Position numbers and translations under genes: made by a program
Part shown: in pieces, positions 39,115-49,427 of the stretch
Layout: the number at the start of each line of letters is the position of its first letter
Numbering within the stretch: position 1 is the first letter of the stretch
Virus record (IMG/VR): IMGVR_UViG_3300031555_004297
Source: a virus
Lineage: Duplodnaviria > Caudoviricetes
Length of the DNA: 64,000 bases
Reading direction: 5' to 3' (one strand)
Notes under the pieces: generated by a model
Databases searched by the model: none
What the model saw: only the letters and a program-made list of their open reading frames with translations
Told to the model about the DNA's origin: nothing

Positions 39115-40194
39115 TTAAGCTTCATCGACGAGCTTCTCAATCTCAGCCTGAGTCTCGTCATCAGCGGGAGTAGCAAGATCATCATCGAGTGCTTCCTCGA
39201 CTTCATCTTCTGCTTCGATTACGGCAGCCTCTGCAACAGCTTCCTCTGCCTTATCTTTGCTCATACCAGACTTGATCTTAGCAAGAATGGAACGAGCATT
39301 GCTCATAGCTGTCTTAGCAGCAGCAATCTTAGTGGAAGTAATAAGAGCAATTACGTCCTCATATACAGAAACAGCAATAGTAATATTCTTAATTACCTTA
39401 GCAGCAGCTTCCTTATCGCCCTTCTTGTTGTGCTCATCAACCGCCTTTTCACCAGCAGTAATTGTGGAATTAAGATCAGCAAGATCCTTATTCGCCTTTG
39501 CCTCTGCTTCTTTAAGACCTTTAATGATAGCATTCGAGCTGATGATCTCACAGCACTTGTCTGCTACAGCCTTAGCATTGCTTTCCGAAATATCAACAGT
39601 CTCTCCAAGGCAAAGAGCAATAGCCTTGCTTCTAAATTCCTTACGATCACACTCAGGCTCGTTAATAGCCTTACCAAGCGCCTTAGCAGTTTCTGCAGAC
39701 TTATCATATTCTGCACCAACTCCTCTAAGTGCTTTATCCATAAGATCCTTATCGGGAAGAGTTACAGCAGCAGAATTAAACTGATATCTAGCTTCCTTAA
39801 TCTCACCCTTAAAGGTTTTCTCCTTAGCAAACTTCTGGAATTCTGCAGCATATGCCTTACCATCACGGAGAACATAAGCAGCAAACTTCTGAATAGCATT
39901 CTTGAAAACACCCTTAATCTTCTCCCAGAATTTCTTAAGAGTAGCCTTTACATGCTCAAAAATAGCTTTAGCATTAGCCTCATTAAAAGCAGCAATCTCA
40001 GACTCAAGCATTGTGCCTTCACGGATACCATTGATCTCAGCAAAATCTGCTTTAAGGGTAGCCTCAAAGATAGCCATGTCATTGATCTGTGCTTCATACA
40101 TAATACGACCAATATCGGATGCTCTGTAGCTCTCATTGGCAACAACGTCAATGCTAGCAACAGCGCCTGCTCTATTAGTAGAATAAATAGACAT
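39115..40194 (-). CDS. probable abundant internal head protein
   Basis: MYEA/MLES/FNEA motifs, Ala/Lys-rich helical body, late promoter. Confidence 0.55.
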   Translation of the reverse strand: MSIYSTNRAGAVASIDVVANESYRASDIGRIMYEAQINDMAIFEATLKADFAEINGIREGTMLESEIAAFNEANAKAIFEHVKATLKKFWEKIKGVFKNAIQKFAAYVLRDGKAYAAEFQKFAKEKTFKGEIKEARYQFNSAAVTLPDKDLMDKALRGVGAEYDKSAETAKALGKAINEPECDRKEFRSKAIALCLGETVDISESNAKAVADKCCEIISSNAIIKGLKEAEAKANKDLADLNSTITAGEKAVDEHNKKGDKEAAAKVIKNITIAVSVYEDVIALITSTKIAAAKTAMSNARSILAKIKSGMSKDKAEEAVAEAAVIEAEDEVEEALDDDLATPADDETQAEIEKLVDEA

Positions 40195-40283
40195 GAGTAA
40201 ATTCCTCCTTATTTTTATGGAAATCTTATCATTTAGAATAGAGATTTTATTATAATGTTTGCCGTTAAGTTATTAAAACGGGC

Positions 40284-41498
40284 TTAAAAGAGAGCGGAAG
40301 CAACAGTATCGGGAATCTCATCTCCAAGGTCGCCAATCTTCATTTTCTTAGAAGAATTAGCAATCTCCTTAGTGGACTCAACCTCAGCCTTACGCCCGGT
40401 GAACGAAATTTTGTTAGCGATCTTTCTAAACAACTCAACGATCTTGAGCTGCTTATTTACGATACGCTCCTTATCCTCGTTCGTCTTAGCAGAGTTATTC
40501 TCCACATTATATGCATTCATCTGGAGAAGGTCTGCCTGTATATCGAAGAAATCAGATACTCTCATTCTGCTATAGTAGAAGAAGAATACCATTTCTCTTA
40601 AAATGGGGATGATATTCAGAACTACAAGAATACCTGCAACTACCGCACCAGCAATGCCGATAGCACCAATAGTAGCAGCGGCTTCGCCAAGAACAGACTC
40701 GGCCAACTTATTAATTCTGTGCTCGAGAACATGATTCATTGCCTTATCCATATCACCCTTCTCACAGCTCTTATTGAACTTCCTAAGGTTCTGGTAAAGC
40801 ATATTGTTCTTTGTCTTAGCAAATGCAACTTTATCAAGAGTAATCTGGAAAGAGTCTCTATTAGGAGTCTTCATAAACTCGATAGTAGTTGCGATCATAT
40901 AAGAGACTGCACTAATGATAGTAAGAACAGCATTGTTATACATCACGATAGGCAGCTCCACATTGTATTTAAAAGCCTTCTCAAACATACTCTTGCGAGT
41001 CGATACATTAGAGATCGCAGTAGCAATTTCGTCGATGGGGCCAGTATCCTGTTTGTACTCCTTCAGAATATCACGAAGAAGCGTTACACATTCATTGAGT
41101 TTCTCATAGTTGGGAAGCTCAGTAATGTCTCCCTTAGTGCCAGGGATATCGCCATAATCAATATCATCAACCTTAGAGATGATATGGTCATAGAGCTTAG
41201 AAGTAAGAGCGGTAAGAACACCACCCTGCTCAGCCTCATTGAGTTTCAATACGGCTTTACGAGTTGTACGATCAGCCATATCGAGATGCTCATTAAGACT
41301 AGTCATAACTTTAGGATCTCTGAAGAATTCGCTATACGTAGGATCGCTAGCAAGATCTTCAGATCTGGTCAATCCAAGATCAGGATTGAAGCCAAATACG
41401 TCTTCCGGAGTTCTGCCCTTCTCAAGACCAGTCTCGAGAAGAGAAGCAGAATTTTCATTAGAAGAACACGATTCCCTTACAGGTTTACGGTAAATCAT
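40284..41498 (-). CDS. probable virion structural protein with hydrophobic segment
   Basis: LAES followed by AIGIAGAVVAGILVVLNIIPIL; in late operon. Confidence 0.5.
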   Translation of the reverse strand: MIYRKPVRESCSSNENSASLLETGLEKGRTPEDVFGFNPDLGLTRSEDLASDPTYSEFFRDPKVMTSLNEHLDMADRTTRKAVLKLNEAEQGGVLTALTSKLYDHIISKVDDIDYGDIPGTKGDITELPNYEKLNECVTLLRDILKEYKQDTGPIDEIATAISNVSTRKSMFEKAFKYNVELPIVMYNNAVLTIISAVSYMIATTIEFMKTPNRDSFQITLDKVAFAKTKNNMLYQNLRKFNKSCEKGDMDKAMNHVLEHRINKLAESVLGEAAATIGAIGIAGAVVAGILVVLNIIPILREMVFFFYYSRMRVSDFFDIQADLLQMNAYNVENNSAKTNEDKERIVNKQLKIVELFRKIANKISFTGRKAEVESTKEIANSSKKMKIGDLGDEIPDTVASALF

Positions 41499-41519
41499 TT
41501 ATCGGTCCTCCTTATTAAA

Positions 41520-42845
41520 TTAGCGCATCTTCGTCATAAGGTTGACGACACGCTTATAGGTATTATCAGAAGATTCTCTCTCAAGATGAGTGAAAGAGAT
41601 GGTCTCCCAACTGGGTTCATTTTCATCAAAGATGAACTTAGCAACCTCAAGAGATTCATCTACGATACAGATGCACATGAGGTTATAAGACTCGAACAAG
41701 CCGAGTACAGTGCTAATTCTCTCAAGGTCAACGTTGTGTTCTTTCTTAAGAACCTCAACCTCTTCCTGAGATACACAAAGAGTGGTAATAGCACCAGCAT
41801 TGTTTGCACGCATAGCCTTCTTAAGACGAGATACAGTAGCTCTACGCTCAAGTACCTTCCACATCTTATCAGAAGAACTCTGACGAGTAGACAGAGACAT
41901 TGCATCGATCTTTGCTTTATCGATAGCAAGTACAAAGTCTTTCATGAAAGAAATTTCACGAGTAGTAGCTCTGAAGAAGTTAGTAATCCAGTTGCCATCC
42001 TTAGACTTTTCAGCAACATGCTTTACAATATCTTCAGATCCAATGGGATAAAGCTTAGCTTTAACGCCGATCATAGCAGATACAACATCGCCGACTGTTC
42101 CATCTTTGTCTTTGTATCTCATATTAACTACCATAGGCGTGGGCATAAGCTCATTTGCCTTCTTATATTCCGAGTCGGGAACTTGGTTCTTGAAATATTC
42201 GGTAGCAGACTTAGAATCCTTAAATCCGGTCTTAGGAGTGATCTTGCTACCCTTAGCATCTGCTCCTTCAGGATCTGTATCTTTGCCTTTTACTTCAGAT
42301 CTAACAGCACCCTCTTTAACAACAAATCTATTTAAAGACTCTTCGTTAATAGCGCTAGGAAGAACAAAATCAAGATTTTTAGCATCTTCTCTGACGGCTT
42401 TGCGATATTCATAATCCATAGACGAAGATACAGATTCATTCTTTGCATCTACATAATTATCTACAGCATTAAAAACATCATCAAGAGAAGCTACTCTTGT
42501 AGAAAGATTGGTATGGAACTGAGCAATATAATCCTGGAAGTTGCCAGCTCCGGCTTCAGAATCGGCAATCTGCCAAGCAGAGAAAACTCTCTGAAGCATC
42601 GTAACCGCATTCTTCTCTACAGCCTTGGTAACAATTCCTGCTCTGTCAACAGAAATACCACGGCTACAAATAACAGGGAATACCAATGTAAGATTCGAAG
42701 AAACTTTTGCAAGAGAAGAAGCTCTACCCATAGGGCTTCTATTCTTATTTTCCTCTTTCTTCATATTTCTAATTCCATCCCACAAATCAATGAGTTCTTT
42801 GATTACACTCTCATGAATTGCTCTAGGATCATTGGGTCTATTCAT
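41520..42845 (-). CDS. probable virion structural protein
   Basis: Long ORF with late promoter at 42878-42889. Confidence 0.5.
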   Translation of the reverse strand: MNRPNDPRAIHESVIKELIDLWDGIRNMKKEENKNRSPMGRASSLAKVSSNLTLVFPVICSRGISVDRAGIVTKAVEKNAVTMLQRVFSAWQIADSEAGAGNFQDYIAQFHTNLSTRVASLDDVFNAVDNYVDAKNESVSSSMDYEYRKAVREDAKNLDFVLPSAINEESLNRFVVKEGAVRSEVKGKDTDPEGADAKGSKITPKTGFKDSKSATEYFKNQVPDSEYKKANELMPTPMVVNMRYKDKDGTVGDVVSAMIGVKAKLYPIGSEDIVKHVAEKSKDGNWITNFFRATTREISFMKDFVLAIDKAKIDAMSLSTRQSSSDKMWKVLERRATVSRLKKAMRANNAGAITTLCVSQEEVEVLKKEHNVDLERISTVLGLFESYNLMCICIVDESLEVAKFIFDENEPSWETISFTHLERESSDNTYKRVVNLMTKMR

Positions 42846-42877
42846 AGAAGTTTTCAAACCTCCTTCTTGTAAGTTTT

Positions 42878-42989
42878 TAATTCTATGTTCAAGGTGAAAA
42901 AGAAAAACAAATATCTTTAATGCCCCTTACTATAGGCGTTTGTGTCTTCAGGTACTTGTGCATCTTTTAACCCTCGCAACATTAAATTA
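42878..42989. promoter_or_regulatory. divergent late-type promoters AACA-N6-TA (42878-42889 minus; 42978-42989 plus)
   Basis: AACATAGAATTA and AACATTAAATTA upstream of divergent structural operons. Confidence 0.75.
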
Positions 42990-43016
42990 ATGAATTTCAG
43001 AAGGGAGGAATCTATA

Positions 43017-44117
43017 TTGGCTAAAAATAACTGGAATGTTAGACGAGAATCTGATATATTTTCTGGCTCATCTACTGCAAGTAATTTGAGCATGAATAAG
43101 GCAGAATCTAGTAAGCTAGTTAGCGATAAGAATATAGATAAACTCGTTCAATCTAGAGGAATCTATAATAAATATAATATGGACTGGACTAGAAAGTTCT
43201 CTAGACATCCTATTCTAGATCCATATAATACAATTACTACGACAAAAGAATATCTTTTCTTTACAAAGCCAGATCTGTGCATTGCTAAGAGACTTTCTAG
43301 CAGTGCAATTACTGTATCAGATGCTATTGGAAAGAATAATTACTTTTTTGATGATGCTGTAAGACGCTATCCCGATATGGTGAGACAGCTTGAGAGCTCT
43401 ATCAGTCTTGATGGTGGTCCATTTATGGCAGCATTGACAAATACAGTATCCTCTACTCTTGAGATCCCCGGTATTAGCGCTGAGCATATAGAGACAGCTG
43501 CCAATGTAATGGGAACTAAGATTACTTATAGAGGAACTTCGTACAAGTCTGATCAAGAGCATGAGTTCAATCTTGAATTTGAAGATACGAAGTATCTTGA
43601 TATCTACATGCTGTTTAAAATGTATGATGAATATGAGAAACTTAAGTGGAATGGTGCTCTTAATTTTGAACTCGATCCAAATAGTTACCCTGAAATTGAG
43701 CACTGGCAGAACTATATTGTCAATAAAGTTCTCCACGATCAAATCAGTATTTATAAATTCATTGTTGCTGAAGATGGATATAGAATACTGTACTGGGCTC
43801 GCATTACTGGATGCTATCCTACCTCTATTCCGAGAGATGCATTCAGCGATATGAGTAATAACGAAGCTGGACAAAAGCTTACAGTTGGATGGAAGGGTCA
43901 TTTTGTTAGAGACATGGATCCCGTAATCCTCTATCAATTTAATAATATCGTAGCTGGAAGTCAGAGCTACTTTAATAATCTTGATTTGCCTTTATATAGT
44001 ACTGATATTGGCGGTCCTAATCCTACTTGGGCAGCATCTCCATATGTACATATGAGAGAAGAAGTTGTCCCTGGACATGGTACATGTATGCAGTATTATC
44101 TTAGATGGAAAACCTAA
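43017..44117 (+). CDS. baseplate / tail-tube initiator-like protein
   Basis: TTG start with GGGAGG RBS; YLFFTKPDL…ITGCYPTSIP tube-fold pattern; precedes the wedge gene. Confidence 0.55.
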   Translation: MAKNNWNVRRESDIFSGSSTASNLSMNKAESSKLVSDKNIDKLVQSRGIYNKYNMDWTRKFSRHPILDPYNTITTTKEYLFFTKPDLCIAKRLSSSAITVSDAIGKNNYFFDDAVRRYPDMVRQLESSISLDGGPFMAALTNTVSSTLEIPGISAEHIETAANVMGTKITYRGTSYKSDQEHEFNLEFEDTKYLDIYMLFKMYDEYEKLKWNGALNFELDPNSYPEIEHWQNYIVNKVLHDQISIYKFIVAEDGYRILYWARITGCYPTSIPRDAFSDMSNNEAGQKLTVGWKGHFVRDMDPVILYQFNNIVAGSQSYFNNLDLPLYSTDIGGPNPTWAASPYVHMREEVVPGHGTCMQYYLRWKT

Positions 44118-44137
44118 GAAGGGAGGAACAATGACCT

Positions 44138-47116
44138 ATGGCGAATAATACTGATAAATCAGTAAATTTGACATCTGACGTTTATGGTATAAACTCTTAT
44201 GTCGAAAACGTGAAGAAGAAATTTACTCCCGATGTCGGTGAAGAAACTCTTGTCCTTGGCACATTTGGTTATCTCGGACAAATGTTTTCCGATATCATTC
44301 AGAATACAATTGTTATGGCTTCAGAATTCTCTAATGAATCTATTCCTACTAAAGCCAAATTTGAAAAGAATATTATTGCCCATGCACTTGGACTGGGTAT
44401 CGATAGCATTCTTGCTACTCCAGCTCAATTTAACGTGCTTTTGACTTTTGTTGAAGATGACATTGAAGCTTGGGCGAAAGCAAATCCTGAAGCAAGTAAT
44501 TATAAGAACGGTGGATGGGACTTTACATTCGATAGAAATATTCCTATTTATATCGGAGATTTTGAGTTCCATACCGATTATGATATTCTTATCAGAAAAA
44601 CTGAGGTTAAAGTTTCTGGTAAAGAGAATACTTATGCATATACGGCTAAGTATCTTATTGATGGAAATAACCCCAATCCTGTTTCTGATATAGAGAATCC
44701 ATATTTAACCTCTCCTGTAACGATGGTAGTTAATGAGCAGAAGGTTATCTTTACAAGTTGTACTCTTAGACAAGTTGAGAAGAATACTGTTTATAAGAAG
44801 ATTCTTGCAGATAACTCTATTAGTTCTAAGACTATTACGTTTGAATTCGAGGGCCAGCTTGCTGCATTTGATATTGATGTTACGGAGGGCGGAGTTACAA
44901 CTCACCTTGTTCCGATCTATGAAGGTCTTACTTCTGATGATGAGTCTATTAAGCATTTTTATTATAGCTATCTCGATTCTAATGTAATTAGAATCAAGTT
45001 TGATAGAAATTCTTATCAGCCTAGAATCAATAGCGAGGTAAGTATTAATATCCAAACTACTCAAGGCGATAGTGGCAACTTTGTCTACAAACCTGATGCT
45101 TGGCCTACTTATGCTTTTGAATCCGACAAGTATGGTTACAACAATATTGGATGCTCTATTCGTCCTGTAACTGGAGAATCTGATTCTGGTACAGATAAGA
45201 AGAGTATTGAAGAGCTGAAGAAGTTTATTCCTAAAGAAGCTCTTTCTAGAGGTAGCATTACCAATCTTACTGACTTGGAAAACTACTTCAATATGATAAA
45301 TACAGAAGACTCTAGACTTTATTTCTATAAGAAACGTGACAATGCTCTGGAACGTCTGTACTACTCTTTCATTCTTATGAGAGATGCATTGAATAATGTT
45401 ATTCCTATGAATACAATCGATATAAAGCTTCTTAAACCCAGAGGAATCGTGGTAGGAGAATATAACTCGGTTGAAGATATTCCTGCAGATAATATAGATA
45501 TAGGAGATTATGCTCTTGTCGGAGATGATTACTATATTTATGATGGCACTGACTGGAGTATTACAACAGAGGAAAATGCTCCTAATAATAGCGATCTTAC
45601 ACTCGGTGACGATGGAAGTAAATATATCTTTAAGAAAGGTACTATTGTTCATCTTAATAAAGATACTAGTGGTGATGAACCCGTATACTATGCTTCTGTA
45701 GTACCCGAAGTCCCTGCAGAGATAGATGATAAAAGGGATTTTTATTATACAATTCCATATAACTTCGTCATCAATAATTCTCCTCTGTATGGAATGTATT
45801 CCTTAACAACTATCGATATCAAGAAATTCCTTGATTTTACCTATATTAATGAATCCTGTTTGTTCCAGTATATTGCTACGAATATTCACTGGAATAGGGG
45901 GTATTCTATCAATCAGAATATTTACGAAATGTCTCTATCTATTGAGCAGAATACTGCTAGTGAAGATGGAGTAAATGTTGTAAAGTTCGACGACAATGGA
46001 AATGTTTCTCATAGCCTTATCCGCTGTATTGCCGTTCTTTATGATGCTGAAGGAAATCCTCTTCGCTGGACTGAGGCTAGAAATGTTACAAAGATAGATG
46101 ATGTAAAAGCTAATATATTCTCCTTCAAGTTCTATTTTGCTACAGATGACAAAATTGATGTCGAAAATAGAATCGAGATCTCTAAGTCGATTAATGCAGC
46201 TGACATAGGACTTCCTGAAGTAGATTTCGCTGGTATTGAGGCAGGATCTGAATATAAAGAAAATGTAAATCAATTTAATTTGTATGATATCGGAACAGAG
46301 GAATCTCAACTTGCTTACTTTACTCCTAATACGAAGTGTGTAATTCATATTCTTACTTCTCAAGGTGCAAATGTAGAAGTAGACTCTGAAGATACTTCAA
46401 ATACGATTGTAAATAAGTATAATAATCTTGATAAGCTTATTCCGAATCTCGATGGATATATTCTTACCAACAGCTATACAGTCAAATCTGGTATCGACTT
46501 CTTCTATGATTATTCTGAAATCACCAACTCTGTTGTTACTGTTAGCAAAGAGGAGGATAATGAATATTTCTATGTACAAGGAGTTCCTGTAGTCAAATAC
46601 GATTACTTTGATAAAGCAGATGATGATAAAGCAATTACATTCTCTAATGAACTTATCAGACGTAAAGTTTATATTGACAATACAATTGATATTCTTGAAG
46701 ATGCTTTTGGTGTTAATTTTAAATTCTTTAACACGTATGGTCCTTCTAAGATGTTTACCATCTCTGAGACCTCTGAAGAAACTGTAGATAGAATTAATGT
46801 AAGTCTTAAGTTTAGACTTAGACTCACATCTAACTACGATACAAATATTACCAATAATATCACTGAAGATATTAAAGCATATATTGAAGATCTTGAGTCC
46901 ATCGCATCCCTCCATATTCCTAATCTTGTTTCTGAGATAAATAGAAAGTATGCGGCTTCTATTATCTATTTCGAGTTTATTGGAATTAATGATTATGGGC
47001 CCGGTACACAACATCTTCTCTCTCAGGATATGCCGGCAGAACTTGAAGTGCCTGAATTTGTAAATATCCATACACTGAAGGATGGTAAGCCGGATATCAC
47101 GATAACTTTGGTTTAA
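44138..47116 (+). CDS. baseplate wedge subunit (T4 gp6/baseplate J-like)
   Basis: SNESIPTKAK…PA, TTQGDSGN…SGTDKKSIEELK…SITNLTDLENYF. Confidence 0.7.
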   Translation: MANNTDKSVNLTSDVYGINSYVENVKKKFTPDVGEETLVLGTFGYLGQMFSDIIQNTIVMASEFSNESIPTKAKFEKNIIAHALGLGIDSILATPAQFNVLLTFVEDDIEAWAKANPEASNYKNGGWDFTFDRNIPIYIGDFEFHTDYDILIRKTEVKVSGKENTYAYTAKYLIDGNNPNPVSDIENPYLTSPVTMVVNEQKVIFTSCTLRQVEKNTVYKKILADNSISSKTITFEFEGQLAAFDIDVTEGGVTTHLVPIYEGLTSDDESIKHFYYSYLDSNVIRIKFDRNSYQPRINSEVSINIQTTQGDSGNFVYKPDAWPTYAFESDKYGYNNIGCSIRPVTGESDSGTDKKSIEELKKFIPKEALSRGSITNLTDLENYFNMINTEDSRLYFYKKRDNALERLYYSFILMRDALNNVIPMNTIDIKLLKPRGIVVGEYNSVEDIPADNIDIGDYALVGDDYYIYDGTDWSITTEENAPNNSDLTLGDDGSKYIFKKGTIVHLNKDTSGDEPVYYASVVPEVPAEIDDKRDFYYTIPYNFVINNSPLYGMYSLTTIDIKKFLDFTYINESCLFQYIATNIHWNRGYSINQNIYEMSLSIEQNTASEDGVNVVKFDDNGNVSHSLIRCIAVLYDAEGNPLRWTEARNVTKIDDVKANIFSFKFYFATDDKIDVENRIEISKSINAADIGLPEVDFAGIEAGSEYKENVNQFNLYDIGTEESQLAYFTPNTKCVIHILTSQGANVEVDSEDTSNTIVNKYNNLDKLIPNLDGYILTNSYTVKSGIDFFYDYSEITNSVVTVSKEEDNEYFYVQGVPVVKYDYFDKADDDKAITFSNELIRRKVYIDNTIDILEDAFGVNFKFFNTYGPSKMFTISETSEETVDRINVSLKFRLRLTSNYDTNITNNITEDIKAYIEDLESIASLHIPNLVSEINRKYAASIIYFEFIGINDYGPGTQHLLSQDMPAELEVPEFVNIHTLKDGKPDITITLV

Positions 47117-47154
47117 GAACATAAAAGTAAAATACTAAAGGAGGCAAAATAAAT

Positions 47155-48099
47155 ATGCTTAATGAGGAATATAAACTCTCTCCTAAAGCTGCTGAAAGAA
47201 ATAGAACAATCATTAGAGCCGCAATTGCTAACTATGAAGCAGCTCATCAGCCGGTGAGAGAATCATATACGCAGCCTTTCAATGAAGAAAGACTTGCACT
47301 TGTTGAAAATACTCATAGAAAGAAGGTTCTCCAAGACAGATATGTTTCATTTGGTGAAACTGTTAGATCTGCTCTTGTAACTGAGGCTATCTATAAGATT
47401 TATAAAGAAGCTACTGCTGATAATCTTGTTGAGGATACTATGAATCGTGCTATCATGAGAAGTATCGTTAGCGAGTATGTAGCAGAGAATGGATGTTATG
47501 AAATTCTTAATAGAATGAAGAAGGCATCTGTTATGACTTCTCAGATGTATAACACAATTACCGAGACAGCTCAGAAGATTCTTGAGTCTGTAGATAAGGA
47601 CGATCCTAATACCTTTACTATCACTCCTGATATGAAGGATGAGTTCTTTAAGCAGCTTGATTATAGTGATTCTGAGGCTGTTTCTGATGCTATCAAAGCT
47701 CGTGTATCTGATGAGGTTAACGACTTTGTAACTGCTAATGCAAAGGATCATGAAGACATTAATGCTGCTCTCAAGGATGCTCAGGATAAGATCGAGAATG
47801 TTCCTGAGACTGAACAGGATCTTCGCGAGGCTTATGAGCAGAAAGCTAGACGCCAGGTTCTTGCTATCAGAACTGCTCCTAAGAATGTATTTCATGCAAT
47901 GGTTTCTGCTGTTTGCGAAAGCACGCTTAAGAACCAGGCTGAGTATGCAGAGTTTATGCATGAAGGCCATCTCAATGTAGATAAGGTTGTTGATCGTGTT
48001 GCTCTCATGTATACTTTCATGGAGACTCTCAATACTGCTCGTATGGAAAAGATTGATGAGGCTTATATTGAAAGCATGCTCGAGAATCTTAGACAGTAA
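47155..48099 (+). CDS. probable virion structural protein
   Basis: Own late promoter, helical protein with xxE motifs. Confidence 0.5.
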   Translation: MLNEEYKLSPKAAERNRTIIRAAIANYEAAHQPVRESYTQPFNEERLALVENTHRKKVLQDRYVSFGETVRSALVTEAIYKIYKEATADNLVEDTMNRAIMRSIVSEYVAENGCYEILNRMKKASVMTSQMYNTITETAQKILESVDKDDPNTFTITPDMKDEFFKQLDYSDSEAVSDAIKARVSDEVNDFVTANAKDHEDINAALKDAQDKIENVPETEQDLREAYEQKARRQVLAIRTAPKNVFHAMVSAVCESTLKNQAEYAEFMHEGHLNVDKVVDRVALMYTFMETLNTARMEKIDEAYIESMLENLRQ

Positions 48100-48113
48100 T
48101 TTATATATAAAAA

Positions 48114-48150
48114 GAATAGCTCTGTAGCTAGAATGCTACAGAGCTATTTC
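48114..48150. terminator. bidirectional terminator between convergent genes
   Basis: AATAGCTCTGTAGC/GCTACAGAGCTATT stem. Confidence 0.75.
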
Positions 48151-48154
48151 TTAT

Positions 48155-48595
48155 TCAAAGTTTAATGACCAAAATATTATCGGCCATACAAGAGACATGA
48201 CACAAATTCGCCAAAATTGACGGAGTTGCATATAAGTAATTTAGATAAGACTGAGCTGCAGTCATATCATTACCAAGTGTACGCGAAAGATATGCGCGTA
48301 CCAATACCTCATTCGCCTGAATAAACTGTTTAAAGATATTCTGAATAGGTATGTAATAATAATTAGGTTCATGCTTAAATTTCGGCATTTTTCTCATTGC
48401 CGTTTTCTTGATCTTTACAGTGACAGTAAAAAACTGCGGATCAAAATTAATATCAAGACACTCAATATTTGCCTGAATGATATTTAGCATTTGGTCAATA
48501 TAATTTCTATCACTATAAAAATTGGTAAACAATAGATAACGCAGTGTATTAATACTGGTAAGATTAATATCATACTGCTTGTTATTGACATTCAT
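48155..48595 (-). CDS. hypothetical protein
   Basis: 146-aa ORF with GGAGG RBS. Confidence 0.7.
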   Translation of the reverse strand: MNVNNKQYDINLTSINTLRYLLFTNFYSDRNYIDQMLNIIQANIECLDINFDPQFFTVTVKIKKTAMRKMPKFKHEPNYYYIPIQNIFKQFIQANEVLVRAYLSRTLGNDMTAAQSYLNYLYATPSILANLCHVSCMADNILVIKL

Positions 48596-48614
48596 CTTTT
48601 ATATTCCTCCACTC

Positions 48615-49328
48615 TTAATGAAAATATTGCAAGTTATATTTTTCATCATAATCTGTGCGATTGATAATACTAGTATACTGATGCTTGTTTTGTACCATAT
48701 TTAAATATCTAAGTCGAATCTCTACCCGTGGAAGCACTGAGTAGTACTTATGGACAGAACCATCGACTACAAGAGTGTCATCCAGCCATACATTAGCATT
48801 AAACATATCGGAATATTTCTTGCCACCATTGTCCCAATCTGGTTTAGTGAGAGGTCTATGTAATCCAATTTCCGCTAAGATTGTATCTTCTTTATTGTAG
48901 CACGAAGGAGTCTTAAAAAACATATAAATGTCTATGATGCATGGAGTGCATATCATAGTATCTAACGCATTAAAATCTTCTTGGCTCATCAGTCTACGCA
49001 TAAACAGATTATCCTCTTTACCTGTCAATGAGTATACATGAACAAAATTAGGATTAGACATCGCCATATTAGATAAATTTTGTCTATTGACTAATCTGAA
49101 TCTAGGGCGAGGGGATCCCTCTGGGACTTCAAATAATACAATTTGTGTGTCAATATATTCTAAGCTATTAATCATCATGTCTCGTTTATGCAAAATATCA
49201 AAAGCTTGCTTATCCGTTATATGGTACTTGTCATAAATCCATTCGAGACGCTCCTTATAATCTATAGGGATTTCCCCGAATTTATTTACGTAGTCAGCAT
49301 GCTTTTGATTTCTAGTTTTTCTCTTCAT
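48615..49328 (-). CDS. rusA: RusA-like Holliday junction resolvase
   Basis: PRPR, KPDWDNGGKKYSD…VWLDD..VV….K.Y…PRVEI. Confidence 0.85.
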   Translation of the reverse strand: MKRKTRNQKHADYVNKFGEIPIDYKERLEWIYDKYHITDKQAFDILHKRDMMINSLEYIDTQIVLFEVPEGSPRPRFRLVNRQNLSNMAMSNPNFVHVYSLTGKEDNLFMRRLMSQEDFNALDTMICTPCIIDIYMFFKTPSCYNKEDTILAEIGLHRPLTKPDWDNGGKKYSDMFNANVWLDDTLVVDGSVHKYYSVLPRVEIRLRYLNMVQNKHQYTSIINRTDYDEKYNLQYFH

Positions 49329-49427
49329 ATTAACACCAACTTTGTAAATGAATAAGGATGTAGGAAGCTCCTACATCCTTACTATCGTGTTGAACCTATG
49401 GTAAAAAGTAATTTTACGTAGGCGACG

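Noticed and set aside
35581-42872. Long antisense ORFs (e.g. 35581-36759, 37824-39113, 40719-42335; also 23219-24556, 31903-32742 and many in 51436-63389)
   Set aside because: Shadow frames of strongly codon-biased genes; no RBS and no protein-like motifs
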